The position numbers and the translations under genes are program-made. A DNA stretch of 28,166 nucleotides from Halalkalibacterium halodurans (GTDB lineage: Bacteria > Bacillota > Bacilli > Bacillales > Bacillaceae_D). Shown one piece after another: positions 22,795 through 28,166 of this stretch. The stretch is from NCBI RefSeq assembly GCF_004376175.1, contig NZ_SNUY01000059.1, positions 1 through 28,166 on the forward strand, in the 5' to 3' direction. The stretch's first letter is position 1, and each line of letters opens with the position of its first letter. The notes under the pieces were generated by a model that saw nothing but the letters and a program-made list of their open reading frames with translations, did not search any database and had not been told where the DNA came from.

Positions 22795-23106
22795 GTGGAA
22801 CATGTTAAAGGAAATGCGATGGAATTATGTTTTGAGGCAGCAAGATTTTGTGAAAAAACGTACGCTGAGTCATTGGATACGCAAAACACGAAACTGATTC
22901 GATATTTAAGGGATTGTGCTGATTTGTGTTATACTTGCGGCAAATTTTGTGCAAGAGACAGTGAGTTTATGGGTGCTCTCGCCAAAGCTTGTGCGGATGT
23001 TTGTATCAAATGCGCTGATCTTTGTGAAAGTGTTGGTACTGATATTGCAAAACAATGTGCTGAAGCGTGTCGTCGTTGTGCGGAGGCTTGCCGACAAGCT
23101 TCATAA
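22795..23106 (+). CDS. DUF326 / Csp3-like four-helix-bundle Cys-rich metal-storage protein
   Basis: 14 Cys in repeated CxxxC/CxxC spacing on predicted helices (CADLCYTCGKFC, CADVCIKCADLC, CAEACRRCAEAC), as in YhjQ/Csp3-type proteins. AAGGAG RBS. The start could instead be the ATG at 22819. Confidence 0.65.
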   Translation: MEHVKGNAMELCFEAARFCEKTYAESLDTQNTKLIRYLRDCADLCYTCGKFCARDSEFMGALAKACADVCIKCADLCESVGTDIAKQCAEACRRCAEACRQAS

Positions 23107-23130
23107 TAATAGACGGATTAATATGTAATA

Positions 23131-23164
23131 AACAGGGGCTTCATTTCAAGCAAGCTCCTGTTTT
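23131..23164. terminator. bidirectional terminator between convergent Cys-rich genes
   Basis: AACAGGGGCTT (23131-23141) pairs with AAGCTCCTGTT (23152-23162), 11 bp including one G-U. T-runs on both strands. Confidence 0.65.
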
Positions 23165-23170
23165 CATTAT

Positions 23171-23368
23171 TTATTTAGCTCGACCTACTGATGGTTGAAC
23201 ACCTGTTCCACCACAGCATCCACACATCCTGCCGCAGTGGCAAGTGGGACAACATCCACTTCTCTGACAATGGTGGCAACCGGATCCACCGCAACAACAA
23301 CACTTTCCTGTACCACCACAGTAACGACACCCACCTGTACCACCGCAGCAATGACACATATGTTGCAT
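23171..23368 (-). CDS. 65-aa Cys/Gly-rich metallothionein-like peptide
   Basis: GGAGGTGA RBS 7 nt before the ATG at 23368. 18 Cys and 17 Gly of 65 residues, with repeats of CGGTG(G/K)C and runs CC/CCCC. This frame was chosen over three other open frames because it alone has an RBS plus ATG. Confidence 0.55.
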   Translation of the reverse strand: MQHMCHCCGGTGGCRYCGGTGKCCCCGGSGCHHCQRSGCCPTCHCGRMCGCCGGTGVQPSVGRAK

Positions 23369-23500
23369 GAACTCACCTCCATAGGGAATTAATTACTTAC
23401 TATTAATATGTCATGTTTATTAATCTTGCGGATTGTCCATACAAAAAGCCGATTTACTGGGCCTTTTTTGGGATCTTGGCAAGGTTCCCCATGCTATAGC

Positions 23501-23610
23501 TGTCACAAAAACGTTCGTTTCTGTTACGTGAGTGCACAACAATTTTCTAAGCTAGCAATCTCCCATAACTAACGTAACAAAAATATGTAACAAAATATTT
23601 TGTAACAATA
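23501..23610 (+). promoter_or_regulatory. candidate res (resolution) site upstream of tnpR
   Basis: A 28-bp imperfect palindrome, TGTCACAAAAACG-TT-CGTTTCTGTTACG (23501-23528). Further TGTAACA words follow, including the palindrome TGTAACAAAAT-ATTTTGTAACA (23586-23607). Confidence 0.5.
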
Positions 23611-23654
23611 TCATTATTTTAGTGTTTTTGATACAATTATATAGGAAGGAGAGG

Positions 23655-24209
23655 ATGTATGTGAAATTTGGTTATATGCGAGTTTCCACAATTGACCAAA
23701 ATTTAGATCGCCAAAAGAAACAGCTTGAAGATTTCGGATGTGAACAAATCTTTTTTGAAAAACTGACTGGTACTAAACGGGATCGCCCGGAGTTAAACCG
23801 CATGTTAGAGTTTCTTCGAAAAGAAGATACGGTTGTCGTAACGGATTTAACTCGTTTATCTCGTTCCACGAAAGATTTGATTGAGATTACAGAGCTAATT
23901 TCACAAAAGGGAGCGCATTTAAAAAGTTTAAAGGAGTCCTGGCTTGATACAACAACAGCACATGGAAAAATGTTGTTTACCATTTTTGCTGGAATTGCAC
24001 AGTTTGAGCGAGATCTTACCTCTGAACGAACAAAGGAAGGAATTTTAGCTGCAAGGAAGCGAGGAAAACTTCCTGGAAGACCAAAAGCTGACGAGGAAAA
24101 AATTAAGTATGCTTTATATCTAATGGAACAAGGGATGAGCCGGACTGATGCTGCTGAAAAGGCTGGTATCTCTCGTATGACTCTGTACCGTAAGATACAA
24201 AAAAAATAA
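23655..24209 (+). CDS. tnpR: serine recombinase / Tn3-family resolvase
   Basis: FGYMRVSTIDQNLDRQ catalytic-Ser motif, and the C-terminal HTH GMSRTDAAEKAGISRMTLYRKI. GGAAGGAGAGG RBS then ATG at 23655. Confidence 0.9.
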   Translation: MYVKFGYMRVSTIDQNLDRQKKQLEDFGCEQIFFEKLTGTKRDRPELNRMLEFLRKEDTVVVTDLTRLSRSTKDLIEITELISQKGAHLKSLKESWLDTTTAHGKMLFTIFAGIAQFERDLTSERTKEGILAARKRGKLPGRPKADEEKIKYALYLMEQGMSRTDAAEKAGISRMTLYRKIQKK

Positions 24210-24296
24210 TGCAACTAACTAGTAACCAATGGACCAAGAATTACTTGTTAATGCTTACAGCCTACTTAAATCGTGATTTCAATTGAGAGGTACAAA

Positions 24297-27248
24297 ATGA
24301 AAAAACAATGGGAATTAGATGAACTAATCGGTCATTTTACATTAATCGAACCTGAAAAAAAGTTGATTGAAAGTAAGTATGTTAATTCGCAACTGGGCTT
24401 TGCTGTAATAATGAAATTTTTTCAGCATGAAGCCAGATTTCCAGCCAAGTCTAGTGATATTCCAAAAGTAATAATCGATTTTATTGCAAAACAGCTTAAA
24501 GTACATCCGGCGATGTTTGATCTATATTCTTGGAGTTCTCGTACCTTGACGAATCATCGAAATGAAATCCGGAAATTATATGGTTTTCGTGAAGTTACAA
24601 TTCAAGATGAGAAAGAGATAACAACCTGGTTACAGGGGAAGGTGTTGGACTATGCTCATGAGTTTGAACCTTTAAAGGAGACTGTCTACTCTGAATTTAG
24701 ACGTAAAAAAATAGAGCCACTTACTGATGACCAGATTGAAAGAGTGGTTAAATCAGCAGTTTGGAATCAGGAACAGCAATTCTACAAAGAAACTTACCAA
24801 AAATTATCTCCTATTACCCTATCCCGTATGGATGCTCTTATGGAGTCATGGGTTGACATGGAAAACGATGAAACAGGCGAAGAGCAAGAAGATAAAAACA
24901 AAATTACTTTTCGCAAGATTACACTAGGTCCAGGACGAGTTAGCAAAGATACATTGCTGTTAGAAATTAATAAGTGGAAAACCTTAAATATGTTGGAACT
25001 CCCTGATAACCTATTTAGCTTAATTCCACCGAAAGTAATAAAAAAATATCGATTAAGAGCTATATCGGAAGAGAAAAGAGAGCTACGTAGGCATCAACCA
25101 GCCATACGCTATACTTTGCTAGCAGCACTTTTTTGGTCAAGAATCAAGGAGATAACGGATAGTTTAATCGAAATTTTAATCACTCTTATCCATAAGATTG
25201 ACGGCCGTGCGGAGAAAAAGGTTAAGAAAGACCTTATTCTAGAAGTAAAAAAAGTACATGGCAAAAATGACATTCTAATCTCATTATTAGAGGCTGCGCT
25301 CGAAAATCCAAATGGAATTGTAAAAGATATTTTATTTCCTTTAGTTGATATGGACACCCTAAAGAATATTATTAAAGAATTGAAATATAAGAACTCGGTT
25401 TATCAAGAAAAAGTATATTGGAAAATCCGAAGCTCCTATAGTAGTTCCTATCGGACAGCAGTAACAGAGTTACTGAAAACGTTAGATTTTCGTTCCAACA
25501 ATCAGAATCATCAGCCTCTTATTAAAGCCATTGAGTTGATTCGTAAATACTCGGGTACTACTCAAATTAATTATGCTCACGATGACGATGTTCCTACTGG
25601 AAGAGACATAATTCCTGCTAAATGGCGAGAACATGTCATAGAAAAAGATTCTAAAGGCAATGAGAAAATTAACCGAATGAATTATGAGATTTGTGTTCTT
25701 CATGCTCTTCGAGATAAGTTAAAGTGCCGAGAAATTTGGGTGGTCGTTGCAGATCGTTACCGAAATCCAGATGATCATCTCCCACCTGACTTTGTTAAAA
25801 ATCGAGAAGAACACTATGAAGCTCTTAAGTTACCAATTAATGTGGATGAAAAGATTACGGAGTTACAACAGGAAATGCATGATAAGCTATCGATGCTAGA
25901 TCAAGGAATACCTAGAAATAAAAAAGTATCCATTTCTGAATATAAAGGTGGATGGATTTCTCTAGCAAAGGACGATATACAGCCTGAACCCAAACGGTTA
26001 GCTTATCTCAAACAAGAGATTGCAAATCGATGGTCGATGACTAATCTTATTGATATTTTAAAAGAAACAGATTTACGGGTAGGGTTTTCGGATCTCTTTC
26101 AAACATTGGCTACTCATGAACGGTTAGATCGAAAAACCATTCAAAAACGCTTGCTGCTTTGTCTTTTCGGATTAGGAACAAACACAGGTCTAAAAAGGGT
26201 TGCTGCAGGGAATACAGATGTTACCTATAAAGATTTGTTATATATTAAGCGAAAATACATTTACAAAGATAACTTAAAGGCAGCCAATGAACATGTGGTC
26301 AATGCCATTTTAGCAGATCGTTTAGAAGAGGTCTGGGGGAAAGGAACAACCTCTTGTGCATCTGATTCCACAAGAGTTGTAGCATATGATCAAAATTTAA
26401 GAACTCAATGGTTCCCACGTTATCGAGGCCCTGGCGTCTCTGTTTACTGGCATGTAGAGGAAAAATCGATGTGTATACACTCACAAGTAAATACACCGAA
26501 TTCTTCTGAAGTAGCTGCTATGCTTCATGGATTATTAAATCACAACACCAATAAAGAAATTGAAAAAAACTTTGTTGATACACATGGACAAAGTGAAGTA
26601 GGTTTTGCATTTTGTCACTTGCTCGGTTTCAAATTAATGCCACGTCTCAAAAACATCAGTTCACAGAAACTGTATAAACCTAATACTGGAGTCAGTTTTC
26701 CTCATTTACAGCCTGTTCTCGCACAAAAAACAATTGATTGGGAATTGATTCGTCAACAGTTTGATGAAATGGTGAAATATGCAACTGCTTTACGATTAAG
26801 CGTAGCAGACACAGAATCTATCTTAAAGCAATTTTCGAAAAACACCTCTCATCCTACCTATAAAGCATTACAAGAATTAGGAAAAGCGTTGAGAACTATC
26901 TTTTTATGTGAATATCTGCATTTTGAAGAAATACGTAGAGAAATCCATGCTGGTTTAAATGTAGTGGAAAACTGGCATTCAGCCAGTGATTTCGTTTTTT
27001 ATGGAAAAGGTGGAGAGATCCAAAAGAATCAACCAGAAGAACAAGAAATTGCTATCCTTAGTCTCCACTTACTGCAAAATTGTTTAGTCTACATTAATAC
27101 TCTTAAAATTCAACATGTACTGAAAGAAAAAGAATGGATCAATCAGATGACAGCAGAAGACTATCGCGCTCTCACTCCTCTAATTTACAATCATATCAAT
27201 CCATATGGAGAATTTCGAATGGATCTAGATAAAAGACTTGCATTATAA
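24297..27248 (+). CDS. tnpA: Tn3-family DDE transposase
   Basis: About 983 aa. N-terminal DUF4158-like region ([12 protein letters not shown]...[16 protein letters not shown]). C-terminal Tn3-type catalytic region (ASDSTRV...; [27 protein letters not shown]; INPYGEF). GAGAGG RBS then ATG at 24297. Confidence 0.9.
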   Translation: MKKQWELDELIGHFTLIEPEKKLIESKYVNSQLGFAVIMKFFQHEARFPAKSSDIPKVIIDFIAKQLKVHPAMFDLYSWSSRTLTNHRNEIRKLYGFREVTIQDEKEITTWLQGKVLDYAHEFEPLKETVYSEFRRKKIEPLTDDQIERVVKSAVWNQEQQFYKETYQKLSPITLSRMDALMESWVDMENDETGEEQEDKNKITFRKITLGPGRVSKDTLLLEINKWKTLNMLELPDNLFSLIPPKVIKKYRLRAISEEKRELRRHQPAIRYTLLAALFWSRIKEITDSLIEILITLIHKIDGRAEKKVKKDLILEVKKVHGKNDILISLLEAALENPNGIVKDILFPLVDMDTLKNIIKELKYKNSVYQEKVYWKIRSSYSSSYRTAVTELLKTLDFRSNNQNHQPLIKAIELIRKYSGTTQINYAHDDDVPTGRDIIPAKWREHVIEKDSKGNEKINRMNYEICVLHALRDKLKCREIWVVVADRYRNPDDHLPPDFVKNREEHYEALKLPINVDEKITELQQEMHDKLSMLDQGIPRNKKVSISEYKGGWISLAKDDIQPEPKRLAYLKQEIANRWSMTNLIDILKETDLRVGFSDLFQTLATHERLDRKTIQKRLLLCLFGLGTNTGLKRVAAGNTDVTYKDLLYIKRKYIYKDNLKAANEHVVNAILADRLEEVWGKGTTSCASDSTRVVAYDQNLRTQWFPRYRGPGVSVYWHVEEKSMCIHSQVNTPNSSEVAAMLHGLLNHNTNKEIEKNFVDTHGQSEVGFAFCHLLGFKLMPRLKNISSQKLYKPNTGVSFPHLQPVLAQKTIDWELIRQQFDEMVKYATALRLSVADTESILKQFSKNTSHPTYKALQELGKALRTIFLCEYLHFEEIRREIHAGLNVVENWHSASDFVFYGKGGEIQKNQPEEQEIAILSLHLLQNCLVYINTLKIQHVLKEKEWINQMTAEDYRALTPLIYNHINPYGEFRMDLDKRLAL

Positions 27249-27309
27249 TAAACACTTTAAAACGAATGAACCGATTCATATAGAGTTGGTTCATTTACCA
27301 TTTTTTTCC

Positions 27310-27347
27310 GAAATTGCACTTCGTCGTTCAGTTGCTGGTTCTACCCC
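27310..27347 (-). repeat. candidate terminal IR of the tnpA-bearing transposon (outer end at 27347)
   Basis: The reverse complement begins GGGGTAGAACCAGCA..., resembling the recalled Tn4430-type IR start GGGGTACCGCCAGCA. It lies about 100 bp past the tnpA stop. No mate was found in the window, so this is tentative. Confidence 0.35.
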
Positions 27348-27373
27348 TTTTAGGATCTGACTGGGTTTCAAAA

Positions 27374-27556
27374 ATGCCGATGGTATTTATTTTAGGTCTT
27401 ATTGGGGTGTACTTTGGTGGTAGAACTATCGTTGATGTTTGGGACTTAATTATAGGAAGAGTGGTTCTGAATTTAGTCGTAATAATTACTCTAATTATTG
27501 TAGGATATAGAGTTTTGTTTAAGGATTTTGTGGGGAAAGGCAGCTATAAAATCTAA
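27374..27556 (+). CDS. small two-TM membrane protein (start uncertain)
   Basis: Internal ATG of the 27314..27556 ORF, beyond the putative IR. Hydrophobic sequence MPMVFILGLIGVYFGG...VVIITLIIVGY. No clear RBS. Confidence 0.3.
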   Translation: MPMVFILGLIGVYFGGRTIVDVWDLIIGRVVLNLVVIITLIIVGYRVLFKDFVGKGSYKI

Positions 27557-27674
27557 GAAACTGTCTATGTGTCCTAAGTATAAATACAGTGTTTATTATT
27601 TTTAGTAACGCGAGTAAAAGTAATCAAAATAGTATTTTCGCTATTTTATTTTAGAATAAAGGAAGTGTTAAAAA

Positions 27675-27815
27675 GTGAAAGGTCATGAGACAGGTGGTTG
27701 GTTTATGGAGATTTTAATCTATTTAGTGGGAGTGATTTGGGTAGCAGTATTTTTACCTGAAGAGTTTAGTATGGTGATTGACATCTTTAACGACTTAAAA
27801 AATAAATTTGGTTAG
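27675..27815 (+). CDS. 46-aa small membrane protein (below the ORF-track cutoff)
   Basis: AAGGAAG RBS then GTG at 27675. Reads VKGHETGGWFMEILIYLVGVIWVAVFLPEEFSMVIDIFNDLKNKFG. Preceded by the conserved backbone promoter-like box at 27615-27635. Confidence 0.4.
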   Translation: MKGHETGGWFMEILIYLVGVIWVAVFLPEEFSMVIDIFNDLKNKFG

Positions 27816-27872
27816 TCGCACGTAAAACATGTGGTTTTTTAGTTTATAAGCTGTAAGGGGGAAAGTAATAAA

Positions 27873-27953
27873 ATGGATAGTTTTATAGAATTAATAATAT
27901 CCATTATCTTATGGTTGCTAATTGTGCTACTGGTAGTGTCAAAAGTTCTATGA
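27873..27953 (+). CDS. 26-aa hydrophobic peptide (type I toxin-like size and composition)
   Basis: AGGGGGAAAG RBS then ATG at 27873. Reads MDSFIELIISIILWLLIVLLVVSKVL, stop at 27951-27953. Confidence 0.3.
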   Translation: MDSFIELIISIILWLLIVLLVVSKVL

Positions 27954-28003
27954 AAAACTAGCACGGTTCATACTACCTACCATTTATTAGGTGGAAATGC
28001 CAC

Positions 28004-28154
28004 GCTATCGCTCTTGACAAACACACCAATGGTTTATTTAGAGGTCAATCAAGGGCGAAGGGAACAAAAGAAGGCATGCTAAATAAACCCTTGACTTTTT
28101 CCATTTTAAACCATTGGCAAGTTCGGTTTGTCAAGAGTTCGCTTCGCCGATAGC
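28004..28154. repeat. about 150-bp imperfect long palindrome
   Basis: Matching arm blocks: GCTATCG/CGATAGC (28004-28010 with 28148-28154), CTCTTGACAAAC/GTTTGTCAAGAG (28011-28022 with 28126-28137), CCAATGGTTTA/TAAACCATTGG (28026-28036 with 28107-28117), and an inner TCAAGGG/CCCTTGA. Each arm carries TTGACA. Confidence 0.6.
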
Positions 28155-28166
28155 TGAATAGGGCTC

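Noticed and set aside
23175-23392. Three additional ORFs of 60-65 aa overlap the metallothionein-like gene: 23175-23357 (minus), 23185-23382 (minus) and 23195-23392 (plus).
   Set aside because: The stop-free reading is a by-product of the repetitive GC-rich TGY/GGN codon tract. Only the 23171-23368 frame has an RBS plus ATG and a biologically coherent Cys/Gly repeat.
27246-27262. TAATAAACACTTT at the tnpA stop matches the inner end of the 12131-type IR (reverse complement CTTAATAAACCCTTT) at 12 of 13 positions.
   Set aside because: Similarity stops after this AT-rich stretch, and the outer 25 nt, including the terminal GGGG, are absent. This is too short and too low in complexity to call a degenerate IR.
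1-28166. I looked for CRISPR arrays, tRNA/rRNA genes, and classic defence genes (restriction enzymes, Cas, reverse transcriptases, large ATPase/nuclease pairs).
   Set aside because: No regularly spaced repeat-spacer array, no cloverleaf-like or rRNA-like stretch and no large unassigned ORF was seen. The repeats present are transposon IRs, MITE and IS ends, oriT repeats and TAGTA arrays. The only short tandem tracts (CAA repeats near 241-252 and 13367-13380) are trivial.

Overview
Low-GC Firmicute (Bacillaceae-like) conjugative-plasmid or ICE backbone interrupted by a roughly 15 kb mosaic mercury-resistance island. All calls come from reading the sequence and recalled family signatures; no searches were run.

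**Backbone, left part (1-12130)**
- A pLS20-style relaxosome module: candidate oriT (four phased 11-bp repeats plus three inverted repeats), two small RHH-type auxiliary genes and a MobL/MOB_L-like relaxase.
- Then topoisomerase III, a MazF/PemK-fold fusion protein and an ArdC-like ssDNA-binding metalloprotease.
- Then a 1.34 kb gene desert (8300-9641). Its core (about 8640-9420) is GC-elevated, ORF-free and packed with hairpins, including GNRA loops and long-range helices. I consider this the best candidate for something undescribed: a large structured RNA, a Rep-independent origin, or a ssDNA signal.
- A cluster of small genes follows. Backbone intergenic regions carry recurring TAGTA/TACTA arrays.

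**Mercury island (12131-27347)**
- A 38-39 bp Tn3-type inverted-repeat pair at 12131 and 22700 encloses the cargo:
  - a resolvase relic;
  - an IS630-family IS with an A8 frameshift site;
  - a tandem TRASH/YHS protein;
  - merR-family, merB (Ser99 type) and merB (Asp99 type), transcribed leftward;
  - a divergent ArsR-type regulator, merE, thioredoxin-like, CcdA-like and merA operon;
  - a 267-bp MITE with a 7-bp target duplication;
  - an HMA (MerP/CopZ-like) gene whose first metal-binding Cys codon is UGA, followed by a SECIS-like hairpin.
- Outside that pair lie a Csp3/DUF326-like Cys-rich protein, a 65-aa metallothionein-like Cys/Gly peptide, a res site, tnpR and a Tn3-family tnpA.

**Backbone, right part (after about 27350)**
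- Small membrane peptides and a roughly 150-bp imperfect palindrome cut close to the window edge.
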